Shown here: piece after piece, positions 13,201-27,400 of the stretch
Numbering within the stretch: the first letter of the stretch is position 1
How the letters are laid out: every line of letters begins with the position of its first letter
Assembly: GCA_037379345.1 (NCBI GenBank)
Contig: CM074511.1
Span: 6,324,001-6,388,000 of the forward strand
Direction: 5' to 3'
Source of the DNA: Perna viridis
Lineage: Eukaryota
DNA: 64,000 bases
The notes under the pieces: generated by a model
Database searches by the model: none
Told to the model about the DNA's origin: nothing
Seen by the model: only the letters and a program-made list of their open reading frames with translations
Made by a program: the position numbers and the translations under genes

Positions 13201-15739
13201 CTAATAGCATACCAATTATATCTTTGGGGATTATACAAAGTAACATGCTTAGTCAACAAAAATCTACTTTAAAAGTGTTAAAACTTTATAGAATAAGAGA
13301 GGTACCCATGCGAACAATTGTTTTCCTCTATGTAACCTTTCCCCCATTTTCTTTTTTTTTTTTGCTTTGTCCTTCTTAGCTATTTCATCTCTAAACTTAA
13401 TCCTAATTATTACCACCTGTTAACCTGTCTTCTTTTTCTAATGTTTGTAAGCTTTCTTCCATATTGCCTACCCTATAACCTCTTCCCTTTTTTCTCTGAC
13501 CCCTTTATGAACTCTAAGCTATGTACCCACATGACTTAAGTAACCCCTTAAGTCCCTATATGTACAGAATTAACCTGTTCTACACTTCAGTATAAGAGGG
13601 TAAATGAGCATGCAACCAGTGTATTGTACATCAGGGAATATCTCTGATAAAAGAAGCCATCTAACATGAAAAGCTTTTATCTCTGTATACGATAGAACAT
13701 TGACAAACATAAGTAGCAGATGTAAAACATAAAAAGTGAAGTCACTCATCCCCAAGATACTAGTATTATCAAAGTGCTACAGTAATCTTAGAATCATCAC
13801 CAACAGGTTCAGATACAGTTCATCTACTAAGAGACAGGAGGCTATGAGGTAATCATAAGTTCAACTTGTCAAATTTCTTACTCACTAAGTAAAACTTTCA
13901 ATATTTGCCTCAGATTCACAATGGTAACAGTTTCAGAGTAGTCTGCAACTTTAGGTGATGCCAAATTTATCCATCAAAAACCATCAAAATAAATAAAAAA
14001 CAAGATACTCATTTGTATTAAGTAACAGTTTGTTTATGCACTTAAATTGCTTACCGTGTTAAGCCCACAATTTAACTCCAAAAGAGGCTGGGGCACTAAC
14101 TGGCCTAAGAGGGGACTCCCTTGCCAGTAATTTCTACTGATTTTCTATACAATTTTCAAGTAAGGGCCACTCTGGTTCTGCCTTTATTTATGAGGCAAGT
14201 TATGAAATAAATAATTTGCTATCTTGCATGCTGGTTGTTCAAACTACATAATATGTTTTGAAGGAGAATGCACATTAAGCCAATCACCATAGGTAAAAAT
14301 TCAGTCAGATTCTGTTATTCTGTATATAAAAATAAGACAATTGATGCTGACTGTTAAGGCTGGTAACTGGGAAAAAAATTGGCACAGAGCGTGAGAGTTG
14401 TCTGTATTATTTGTACCCTGGACAATTGATGGATATTACAACCATGTCTTCAGAAAATAAATTACAGCTAACAACTGGTAAGAAAATGAGCTGTCAAAAT
14501 ATTACTACCTACATTTAACAACATCTGGGAACATTATACTTCCTCTATACAAACACATGATGACCTCTGGAAGTGCAGTAAATGCACTCAACTACAGGAG
14601 TACATGCAGAGTGCATTTAACTCATTCAACTTCAATTAAGTGTCATAATAAACTAAGTTTGTTTGATGTTAGTAGATGAGTATATAATTAAATATTAGAA
14701 TAAGTACATATTTCTGAAAGTGCAGCATTTTTCCACAGGGTTAAAAATTAGCTTTTGATGTAAGAAGCAAGATAAGATATAAACTGAAGATTATTTATAT
14801 AAGAGTTTATTCTTGTTTGTGACTCAACTAAGAAAGTAATTAGCTTTTTCATATTGTCATTAAAAGTGCAAATCACTTTCTTCTTCGGTTAGTAAAGTAC
14901 ACAGAACATGAACTTTTGGCAGAGTTCATCAGCTGGATTAATAGAAACCATAAAATAATGATGACATAGTATTAAAGAACCACAGAACTACAATATATAC
15001 AATAAATGAGCAATTCTAGAAATCTGGGAAAATTCCCTATTACAATAAATCCAGCTACATCACTTAATACTCAAATTCTTGAGGTTAGCAGGAAAATCTG
15101 TTTCTGAAATTTATGGATTAAACACGAACTAGGAACCATATTCGAACCATAAGGTGTATTCAACTTACATAATACAAAAAGACTCAGGAAATAAAAAAAA
15201 ATATGATTAACTTTACTAATCATTTCAACAAATATTTCCCCACAAACCTTAAGGTGCATAAAACATTAGGTATGGTGAAAAGTAAAGAAAAATTCACAGT
15301 GGTAAAGTCATATCGAATCATATATACTTAGAGAAATATATTACATACATATACTTTATTCAGTTTATATCTTATGCAGACTGAACGTGTGATTGGGAAC
15401 TTTTAGTTGAATTGGTTGAGGCACTTTCCATACCAGATGTTAGTATGCTAAGATTCCCATCTGGGGACACCACATTCTTACAAGACAACAGTGAGCCCGA
15501 TCTGCAGTCAGGTTTGGACCTTTTTATACTGGGCGACGTCTGAGCCAGTTTTTCTTTCATTCCTCTTGTTAAAACCATTAATTTCAAAAATTGTATTACT
15601 GGGTTGATGATATCCTTGTGGACAAAATCAACCAGCAGAGGTATCGACCCAGTGGTGAGAAAGAGTAATCAAAGACATGATAAATATAGGTACAACAATG
15701 ATATTCATCAAATCATGGACAGAAGGGGAGGTATACTTT

Positions 15740-15978
15740 AAAGAATAATTAAGGGAACCAAGATTCTAGCGGTAATCAAAAGAATGTAATCCAGGGACAA
15801 AGACCAGACATGGAAAACAGACATAAAGTACACAAAGTAACTAAAATCATACATACAAAGTAACCAAAGCAAATGAGCAACACGGACTCCACTAAAAACT
15901 GGGAGCATGGACCAGGTGCACCAGTAGGGTAAGCGTCCTCTGCTTTTCTAGAAACACCCGCCGAGTTGCTCATAAAAA
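15740..15978 (-). mobile_element. PLE family 1, 3'-end fragment
   Basis: Closely matches 7699-7945 (AAGGGAACCAAG...GGACCAGGTGCACC...CCGAGTTGCTCATAAAAA). Confidence 0.9.
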
Positions 15979-16749
15979 ATCACATCCACATCTGGGGACA
16001 CCATGTTCTTACAAGACAACAGAGTGTCCGATCTGCTGTCAGGTTCAGACATTGTATATGGACTCATATTACAATTGAGAAATATAATGACTCTATAATT
16101 TGCATTTCTCTGTTAATATAATTGCTTCAGCCAGTGTCTATCATGTTGTTTCATACAGATTGTCCTACTATGTAGCCAATGGTACAGTATCTGAACTTTG
16201 CCCTGTGGTTGTATCTACAGCTGAGTAAATCCATCATTTAATACTGTTTGTATAAAAATCAGGAACCTAATGAATCAGGACACTTACTGTACAATTTTAC
16301 CTTCTATGGTCAGCTTTAAATCATTACATGTTTAGAGGACAGCTGATATAAGAAATCTAAGTTTGCTATAAAAACTAAAACTTAAGGTGACGCGAAGAGT
16401 CAACAATAAAGAAAAAATATGACAAAATTAGAGACATTATAATGAGAAAAAATGCACACAAACTTATGACCAACATAAACTTCTACCAGTAAGTGACTAG
16501 CTATTCTTTCGTTTTTTGAGGTACCTGTTGTGTAAAGTTTGAAACAAGATATTCCCTGTTCCAGAAAATGATTCAAAATAAAGTTAAATAGCTCTAGCTA
16601 CATATTGTTACCGCAATATATCATCTTAACTGATGGACATTAACAAGACAGAAATATAACATGTGAATGAAAGATGTCAGTAACATGCGAATAGTAGAAA
16701 GAATACTATGAACAGCAAGAGTACCCTTCGACTGATGAATCCCTCCATT

Positions 16750-17327
16750 TAGTGACTCACGTTAGCTAATGCTGACCTCCCTTTATAAGGTGACTCACGG
16801 TCCCCATTGCTGACCTACCTCTTAAATGTGACTCTTGGTCACCAACGCTGACTTCCCTTTATAAGGTGACTCAGTCCCCATTGCTGACCTACCTCTTTAA
16901 TGTGACTCGTGGTCACCAACGCTGACCTCCCTTTATTAGGTGACTCACTGTCCCCATTGCTGTCCTACCTATTTAAAGTAACTCGTGGTCACCAATACTG
17001 ACCTCCCTTTTTAAGGCAACTCATGGTCGCTAATGATGATATCCCTGTATAAGGGGGCTCATGGTCCCCAATGCTAACCTTCAATAAGGGAACTCATGGT
17101 CCCCAAGACTTACCTCCATTTATATAAGGTGACTAGTGGTCATTAATGCTGACACCCCATCTATAAAGTGACTCATGGTTGCTAGTGATGACCTCTCTCT
17201 ATAAAGTGACTCATGGTCACCATTGGTGACCTCCCTCTATAAAGTGACTCATGGTCGTGAATGGTGACCTCCCTCAATTGGGTGCCTAATGGTTGCCAAC
17301 ACTCACCTTCTTTTATAAGGTGACTAA
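16750..17327. repeat. About 39-bp minisatellite, 14-15 diverged copies
   Basis: Consensus GTGACTCATGGTCACCAATGCTGACCTCCCTTTATAAG(G). Confidence 0.93.
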
Positions 17328-17436
17328 TTTTTTCTGAAAGCAGCACAATGATGGGAAGATAATTGAGGAAGACATGATAAATAGAGGTACAACAATGATA
17401 TTCATCAAATCATGGACAGAAGGGGAGGTATACTTT

Positions 17437-17658
17437 AAAGAATAATTAAGGGAACCAAGATTCTAGTGGAAATCAATAAGAATGTAATCCAGGAACAAAG
17501 ACAAGACATGGAAAACAGACAATCACAACAAAGAACATAAAGTAACTAAAATAATACATACAAAGAAACAAAAGTAAATGAGCAACTCGGACTCCACTAA
17601 AAACAGGGAACATGGACCAGGTGCACCGGAAGAATCTTGTTTCCACTGATTACTCTTT
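17437..17658 (-). mobile_element. PLE family 1, 3'-end fragment with short inverted terminal piece
   Basis: 17437-17629 matches the family 3' end. 17631-17658 (AGAATCTTGTTTCCACTGATTACTCTTT) is the terminus in the opposite orientation. Confidence 0.85.
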
Positions 17659-18395
17659 CAAAACCCTGTCTGAAGGGATGGGTAAAATTCCTTCATTACA
17701 GGAGGTAAAAGTGTGAACAACTGGAGGCAGGTCATAAATGGAAGAGGTTGTTAATGCAGCTGTCTTAGTAAAAATAGGTGTTAATAGATCAGTTTCACAC
17801 TTTTCTTGGAAATTTAACACAAAACCTTCAGTATAATTGATATACTAAAGCTAAATCAATTTGTCATCCTTATGACAAGAAAACATAAATTAATTCATTA
17901 CCAAGATTTCTACAAAAAGTTGTCTTTGCATAATTTGACCTGTCTCCTATTCTAGGCAAATTGTGTATTAATTCTATAAAAAGGGAAATAAAATGCAAAG
18001 ACACCTGCAGAACTTGCTCTGCCTGCTACCAGCAGTATTCAAATTAGGAGTCTTTTTAAATATCTGAGTGAACTGTTTTCTGACATACTTCCATTTAAAT
18101 TATAGAATGTTGAAAAATTCATTCACATAATATCAGGCTATAAAATGAAAAAAAAACCAACAGAATTACATTCATCAATATTCACTTGAACTTCAAAGGC
18201 ATAATTTAAGGATGGAAATTTATTGCATAATTTTTGACATTGTATAGTCTTCAAGGAAATCAGGTACTTATTTAACTGATAATAACCAAGCTTGTAAGTT
18301 TTTTATTGTATCAACTGATACAAAAGGCCTCAAAATTGCATCTCAGTAAATATAAAAGAGGGTTTTTCTGAAGGAAATAATGTGACAAATGATAC

Positions 18396-19769
18396 AACTA
18401 GAGGCTCAAGAGAGCCTGAATCGCTCACCTGGTTAACCATGCTTATTTGAAAAACTTGAGGAATGAGACAGGCTAAGTTAAAATCAACTGAATTGTCAAA
18501 TGCAGGAAATGCTTCTAATAGCATTTTCATGACCTGAACCAGAATTTGCTAAAGGCAACAGTTTTTTAATTATTTTCAAAAAACTGTCTTCTGACCCCTA
18601 TGTTCTGTTTTCAATATAGGCAGCCACATCTTTTCACAAATTAAAAGTCACAAGTCATTTCCAGTACAATACACTAAAGAACCAGTATGCTTATTTTCAT
18701 TAAATGATCTTTAATGGTTTCAGAGAAGATTTCCAAAGTTGTACATGTGGAAAAAATAAATTTTAAGAATTGTTTCAGAAGCCGCAACTCCTACATCAGT
18801 ACATAAATCATTTTGAACATTTCGGCATTGATCGGTCTCATGATGCTGAACAACATTACCTCTGCAAAAACTTTGCAAAGGCAACAGTTTTGGAGTTATT
18901 TGAAAAAACTGCCTTCTAACCCCTATGTTCAATTTTTAGTAATGGTGGCCATGTTTTTTGACTGATTAAAAATCCCAACTGTCATTTTGTGTGGAATACC
19001 CTAAGGAACAATAAGCCAACTTTCATTAAATTCTGTACAACAATACAATGGTTTTAGAGAAGATTTTCAAAGGTGTACATGTAAAACAAAAACAAAAAAA
19101 TGCTTTAGGGTTATAACTCCTACATCAATTGACAAGTTGTTTCAAACATTTCAGCTTAAGTCCATCTCATTATGTTAAATAATCTAACCCTGCCAGAATT
19201 GTACAAAAGGTAACAGTTCACGAGTTGATTGCAAAAAACTGCCTTCCGACCCCATGGCCATGTTTTTTCACAGATCAACAATCCCAAAAGTGAATTTGTG
19301 TGGGATACCCTAAGGTACAAATATGTCAAAAGTCAAACCTGTAAAATGGTTTTTGAGAGGAAGAGTTTCAAAGTTGAACATCTAAAAAATGGCAAAAAAA
19401 CTGTTTCAGGGGCCGTAACTTCTACATCAAATGATGAATTGTTTCCAAAATTTCGGCATAGGTCCGTCTCAAGATGCTGAACAATTTAATCCCCTCTGCC
19501 AGATTGTTGCTAAAGGCACAGTTTTTGAGTTATTTGCAAAAAAATGCCTTCAGACCCCTATTTTTAGTAATGCCTGCTATGTTTTTTTCACTGGTCATAA
19601 ATCCCAATAATCATTTTGTGCACAATACTATAAGGAACAATCAAGCGAAGTTTACATTCTGTCCGTCTAGTAGTTTCAGAGGAGAAGATTTTCGAAAATT
19701 TGTCAATGATTATGACTGACACCAAGTGATGGCATAAGCTCACTTGGCATTGAACAGGTGAGCTAAAAA
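18396..19769. mobile_element. Non-autonomous Helentron-associated (HINE-like) element with internal tandem array
   Basis: Sub-terminal inverted repeats GCTCACCTG (about 18423) and CAGGTGAGC (about 19755). Short terminal palindromes and end GCTAAAAA. About 4 internal units of 305-330 bp (AAAGG[CT]A[A]CAGTT at about 18551, 18878, 19206, 19512). This architecture is known for bivalve HINEs. Confidence 0.75.
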
Positions 19770-22700
19770 TAAACATCAAATACAGTTGAGCACATTTCCA
19801 AAACCATTCAACAGTTACTGCAATAAAAAGAGTGAACTAGGTCAAGGGTATCAATCATCTTAGGTAAACTAGGTCAAGGATATCAATGGACAGGATCAAT
19901 ATATAAATCAGATCAACCTTTATTCTGACACATATGATGTAATTTGGCTGCTGTTACAGCACTTCTGCCACTGAGTTAAATCTTGGAATAGACATTTCTA
20001 TCACTTGATGGCTTTGCCCTTTAAAAAAATCGCAAGAGTGAACAATTATATAACACACTAGTACTGCAGAATGGGAAAGAAAAAAATGGACAGCTTTTCT
20101 CATGGGCGAATGACCGACTGGAGCTAGACTGTAACAGATCAATAATTTCCATGATTAATCCACTTTCATGGAAGCAATCACTTAAATGGAGTGCCAGTTA
20201 TATAATATAGCATCCCAATAATTCTAAATTACAAAAAATCTCTTTATTATCTCTCAAGTCATGCAGCTTGTTATATAACTATACCAGTTTTATCAATCAT
20301 TCAACACAGTTACAGAATTTCTAAATCCCACAATGCATGGAATAATTTATTATTGCACCATTTCTGATTTATTTTTTGTACTAATGTGACCGAGATGAAA
20401 GGACCTGTATAATTTCCAGATGAGCTCTATTTATCACAAGTTTGTATTGTGTAATTATTACGTAACATGGTTGATGGCTGACTCAGATGAGTCCAGCAGA
20501 GATGAGACCTACTTCTAAAATTCACAGAAAAAAAATGGCTGACTCAGGTTAACAAAAAAGCTGTCTAAGTCCTGATATTACCAGAAATCTATGGAACCAC
20601 AGAACCATAAATGAACATACTACCTCAACAGATGGTGGTAAGCTAGTATGAAACACTTCAACTATGGTTTACAATCTAACAATGAACAGCTATAAGTCCA
20701 GTTTGTAATTATACCCTTATTACCATGCTGTTACAGAGCCCAAAACAATTGTTATAATTATATTGGGTAATTTTTTGTCTGGTACAGACAAACAGTAACT
20801 AGTATGTGTCTTCATAGACTGATATTAAAGATTGCAAGCAGTCAAAGCCTATGTGATAAAAGTATGCAGTTTGTACATAATATTACATAATAATTAGATA
20901 TTGGTTCTGTTTAAAATCTCAAGAGTCCAATATATAAACCATCTGGTCCAACCCTACAACACACAGTTATGTAATTTACTCATCATTTGTGTCAATAAAT
21001 TACGCAACAAGTAAAATTACATAATTTGGTGTTTAATTTGTTTCATCGCACACATGCCTTAAATAGACATGAACAATGTATAGATCAAGATATTGCTTAA
21101 ATAAGAAGCTGACCTGATTCCGATAAAAATTATCTGTGGTCTGATCAGTCTGCCAAATATATTTTTGTATTCCCAGCCAATCTGAGTTTTGTATTTCGAG
21201 CCATTCTGAGTTTCTGAGCTTTGTTCTTTTGACTGTCCCATTGGAAATGTGGAGTTTATTTCACAAGAGAGAAAAACAGTCAAAAAGTAAATAAGTTATT
21301 GCCTGGACATTTTTCTCATCTCAAGAGGCAGCAAAAAGGACCTCTTGGTCAAAGGTCAAATTACATAAAGGTCATTATGGTAAGGTGTCCTTTGATCAAA
21401 AGACAAAAAAGCTATGGCCAAGAAAACTTTTGGAATAAGAAGAATGAGAAGAAATTTTGACACAAAAACAAGATTCCCTTCTCTTAAGGGTGTAAATAAT
21501 AGAATGAAAAGCAAAACAACATATAACGAGAAAAGGTCAAAGAGACAACCCCACCAAGATAAACATTGTCACCCCTAGGCCTAGGTCTTCAATGAATAAG
21601 GAAACCCTCACACCACAGGGCAGGCTGCAGCTGGCCCCTAAACATTAAAATACAAATACTGGGAAAGAGCCATGTATTATTGCTAGACAAAGAGATAGCA
21701 TGATATACATGTAATATAATAACCATATTCTAACAATTATGAAATCTACAAGTAGGTCAGGATTGACAGGAAGAAATGGAAACTCTAAATGGAAGACTAT
21801 ATAAGTGTCAAAACTTAAATGCATTGATATAAATCTCAAGAAATAGAGCACAAAAATTTCAACAAAAGCGTCTTACTATACAGCTATCTATACGCTGTAG
21901 GGGTGCAAGAAAATTATTCCATGGAATGTAATGAATCACAAAACAGAAAGATAGGTTAGAAATGTAACATACATTATATACATGTAGATATACATAAATG
22001 AAAGTAAACAAGGATCTAAAGAAACTTCTAAAAATGCCAAGTACTACAATTACTGCAACTGATTGACTCTAACAGATAAATTCTGCATATCTGAGAAGTA
22101 TGGCAAATCCATTTAAACAAATTGGATTTTCATTTAGGAATCGATGTATCTGCCAGCTAGAAACACTTTGTGGTTAGCTTTATTTATATCCATGTGTTCC
22201 AGTGACACATAAAACTCAAATCAATATACCCTAGTAGTGATTTAAATATTACTCACAAGTAGGTTATCAGTTCTATAGGCACTGCCTAATTTATTTCTTT
22301 GTTCACTGATACTTGTACATGCCAATGAATAATTTTTCAAACTATTCCCAAGACCTTACTCAATATCTGACTTGACCCTGAATGTTATAGGATTGACAAG
22401 GAAACAGCTGAATAATCTGATTATGGACCCTAATTACCAAATATTCCTAAGAATATCTGCTGTTTATAATGATGGCCTTCAATTTCAAGAACTGTCTATT
22501 AGGAATTATATAATACTCAAATCAATTTACTTATACAGTAAGTCAATGAATTTGAAAGTATAGAGTTTCAATACAGGGTAACTTTTTGCATTCAAAAACT
22601 CATAAGTCTCATTGTAAGGAGGGAAATTGGTTTCATGCATTACATGTATAATTAAGATCCTTTCACAAGTAGAACCTCTAAAAAAACTTCATATAAAAAC

Positions 22701-24310
22701 TTTATAAACATAATTGTGCCTAATTCTTATTTCCTAAATTAAACTTGTACCAATCTGTACTTCAGACCATTGGAAAGGTTCTTATTAGAAACCATTCCCT
22801 AAAGTACATACTGGATTACTTAATGATTTGGGTGCAATTTTTTTTAATCAAACTTTTTATCAAAACTTAAGCTATAAATCTTAACCTGTGATATATGTAG
22901 GAGTTCTATGAACTAATTTTTTTTATAAGTAAATAAAACCTCTAGACATACAAAAATACACCTAATTTTCAGGCAGGTTTGATGGGTAGAGTTTACTACA
23001 CAATCAATGGTTTTGACACTTCCTAAGGTCTTGATTATCTAAACCAAATCATTTACATTGATAACCGGGTTTTACCATGTTCCTTTTATTCAGAGCTTAC
23101 GTCATTCTATCCGACAAACACATCCTATTTGGAAAAGTCCAACATACCTAACGAAGCCATGCACGTGTGTTGACATCTTGACATAGTAGCAAGGTTATCA
23201 TTATATTTGAAAAATATTCTAGATAATCCTGGTGTTTGCCATTAGAAGGGATTTTGACTCAATATATAAATAATGTTATATGGCAACCTGAACACTGATT
23301 TCAAGTTATGTAAGTTTAGTCATGAACCTTATTTTTAACATTGCCCGGGGATAATCAATCAACCAAGATTTCTACAACTACAGTATACATCTATATTAAC
23401 ATTCAAGTAAAGACTAACTTGGAAAATGCAAACTAGAGCCATTCACTGTTTTTTCTTATCAAGATCCATTGATCTTGGTACACTAGCACCCAAATACAGC
23501 TTACTTGATCTTTCACATTTCTGACCAATATTTCAGATGTGTTGAAAGCACTTCAAAATTATTAACAAGGAGAATCTGCAGAAGGCAGGCCAATAAAAAA
23601 GTAATTAAGAACAATTTTAACATAAAATTCACATGTGCAAAAAAAGTCAAAAACTGAGAGCAGTATTTATTATTAGTATACAATCTATATAAAGTACATA
23701 TTTCTTTATCCTGGTATTGACATAACCCAGTTCTAGAAGGTTTTTATAGCTCTTTGTCCCTTTGTAGGACAGAGACTACTGATTTACTTCATCTAAACAA
23801 TGTTTACTTAAGACTTTTATTATATTGAACTCCACTTAATAATGCCAAATCAGCAATACATTCACTTGATGAACCTGATATGACTTCTATTCCCAATTCA
23901 TAAGTCAATTATTCTTTGTGTGACTTTTAACACACGTGTGAGAAGACACCCTTGGAATAACTTATGAAAACTACCAACATGGAGATCAATAGGAATGGAA
24001 TATAGTTGCTTAAGTTGGGTATTACTCAATGTAAAGTTAATGCATCAAGGATGAAAAGATAAATATGTAGTAATATGAAATCTCAAAATCTAGTTTTTTT
24101 GTCAACAATAATATATATATATATAATCAATTGATTGTGTTACAAAAAGCATACATGTAACAAATAAAAATAATATATTGTATGTTTTCCAAGAAAAAAA
24201 ATTATTTGAATTAATCTTCCAATCAGTAATGTTAATTATATACAAAGGTCTCTGTTTCAGAATTTTTTCGGTAACATATCAATGATCTTTGGCTGAATCT
24301 GCTAGATATT

Positions 24311-24422
24311 TCAGCATTTAAAACATTCAGTAACACTGAGCACTCATTTATAGCATTAACCATTCAGTAACATTGGGCACTCGTTTACAGCATTTAACAT
24401 TCGGATGACATAAAGCATTCAG
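24311..24422. repeat. Short tandem repeat, about 37-38 bp x3
   Basis: AGCATTTAACATTCAGTAACACTGAGCACTC-like units. Confidence 0.7.
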
Positions 24423-27400
24423 TTCACAAAATGTTTGTTACCCAAACTTATTTCATATTGCAACAATAAAGAATAACTAAACAATAGCCATCAAACATGT
24501 ACATTAATGTGTGTTACAAACAATTATTGGTATTGCCTTTAATCAAAAGTTTAATAATAGTTAATCCTTCCTTCCTTATTTAGAACACTTCAGTATTACA
24601 TATGTTATACTGTTATTCCTAAGAGGAATGAATACCTTTCTCTTAATTTTAACAAAAAAAAAAAAAAAGACATAAGATTAGTCTGACAGCAAAATAACAG
24701 AATTTGCATGACACTTAAACATGCTTTTACTTTGTAGTACAGTAATTTGGATATTTTCGATTTATTTTTAATGGTTTTTAAATACTGCCAAAGATGAATC
24801 CCCTGCTTTATTGAGGACCAGCTGCACTATTGTTACTTTAAAGTACACTTGACATTTTTCAGGATGCACAGGTCTTCCATCATCTCAGAGACACACTGAC
24901 ATTATTTCCTTGCAAATAGAAACAAAGAGCAATAAACACAGACCCAATAATGACTTGGCCAGAATTCACATCTATATATAGACAAATCTATATCTGTCTG
25001 ACAGATTCAACTGAAATGAAGCATATCATTAGCTTCACAGGATACATGCAACCTAAGGTTTATAATCCAATTTCTCCCAAAAGACATCTCATATACCGGT
25101 ACATGTATCTTAGTTGAAGTTTAGTTTGCTAGGACATTTCTAAAGCAATCCTAATTAGCACAGAGATGATGATCTGCAACCATGCTTGGTAGTATCAAAC
25201 ATGTTCAGTTTTTAATTACATGTATGTCTTTAAAATAGATATATGCATGATGCATATATGGCTTTAATATAAATACATGTACATGCATGTTACACTATCT
25301 AAAGCTTCCAATTATTTTCCTTGCATGTGATTAGCAGTTTTTACAAAGGGGTGTTCAGTTTCCTATATTGATACAAGACTACGTGCTAACCTTTAGTTTT
25401 TATCCTTTAGTCCATATTTTTGTATAATATTTCAGCTTAAGGTAAATAGACCAATCTGTTGCATTACTTATCCATAAGCATTTGAATAGAAACATATTAT
25501 CTGAGATAGTGTTATGTTGCATAACTTTTATTGCAATAATTTTCTTTCCCAAAAAAAGATTTTTTACAGTATACCAAATGACCTGGTTTTAATAGAAGAA
25601 TTATTGGAGTAGGTGTTATTTATGGAAATGAAGAAACTGTATTTCTGGGTCAAGTAAATCTTCAGCTTTAAATGGTTTTACTAATATTTGATCAACTTCA
25701 AAAAGTGCCTAAAATTATACAAAATCAATAAATTTCCTTTAAATTAAACAGAGATAGCCCTTCTTCCAAGGAATTCTTAAGAATGCAAATATTAAAGACA
25801 GCAAATAATGCTCTACTTTTGATAGTGAAAAGTACACACGGCATTGGTGTACTTGTTCATGATAATTGTATTTACTTATCGGACCATATCAAGTTTACCA
25901 GAACAAAGAAAAGTGCTAAATATAACTTCCAAAATGATTTTTTTTTATTTGATACTGAATGTCTTCAATCATGCACTATTGTAAACTCCTACAGTATAAA
26001 GGTTCAATACTAAAGTGTCTTTCAGTACTTTGCTGTCTGTTACAAACATTTTACCTGAAATGTGGGTAGATTATACCATACTTACTTGTAGAGTATGGTC
26101 ATTCTATTTATTTTTGTGCACATTATAAAGGTGTTACTGATGTAATTAATGGATGAGTAACAATAAGGACTGTTAAAGTGAATTTCCCTATCATCTTATT
26201 AATCAGCTGTATCAGATGACCCTCAACTGAAGCAAATTTCGAAAATATTTAAAAAATGAAGCCAATTAACCCACAATATTAGTATCTCACCATGATTTTC
26301 AAACTTGTCCCAGAGATTCTTGTAAGTAACAACTGGCATAAATTTTATCTGAATCTGTAGAGAAATGTAGGCATTAGAGAACTTACAAGACAGACTGACA
26401 GACAGGTGGGCAGCATGTTACGCACAGGGACCAAAAGTAATCAAGATATAAAAACAATAACTGTATCTATCTTCCTTTTCAACAAAGTATGTAAATTTGG
26501 ACATGCAGCAGAATGGCAATCAGGAATTTGTTCAATTATTCCCTTAAAAACATTTTACCATTAGCTATTATTTGACAGAAAAATACAAGAAATCTTAATC
26601 AGTAAAATCGGTCAATGCACTTATGACGCAAGCAAGAAACTTTTAATGTAGATTTCATGTACATTTTACATGTTCATCATGTTTGTTACAGCAAATTCAT
26701 CAATTATTGAATTTCAGAGTGAATTCTATGATGTAGAAACCTTGTTTAACCTTATAGCACAACGGACATTGGCAGTTATTGAACATGTGACATCAAGCCA
26801 GACTGGTACCAAATATTATAAAAACCTGATGTGTATAGAACCAGATGATAATCTAAAGTGACCTGTTTGATTAGACTGATGTTATCTTGTAATTAACATG
26901 ACGTAAAAACATTAATTCAAGCACATTCTTGGTCGTCATTAAGTGCTCCCTCGTTCCTTGCACCTTCAATGTACTATTATATCAGAGACATTTAGGCTTC
27001 CTGCACAAAAAACATGTAGGTGAATTATTTCAAAAGAAACCTAGCTGCAATAGTATCATTTGATAAGAACTTTGAAGAGCTTAAAATATTTCAGTTCCTT
27101 CTGTCTGCTATAAGGCTTTAATCTCAACCATTTTACAAGTTATCACAACATTGTATGTCATATTCATGGAAATCATTACAGTCCAGAGATTCTAAAAATT
27201 TGGTTTGAAGGTATCACAGAAGTGGATACAATCATGCCTGACAATTGGGATTTTTCCTCCCTTTGGGAAAAATATTTTTCAACTTTTGGGAAAAGTCTCC
27301 AGGGAAACAGCCAATATTTGACTGCAAAAAAAGGGTAACAAAATCAGTGACATATAAGTTATTATTCTATATTATAACATCATGAGTTTGCTTATGTTAT

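Noticed and set aside
14049-14200. Possible p85 exon ending at a GTAAGC donor
   Set aside because: Two frames stop within a few codons, and the third has no start codon or domain similarity.
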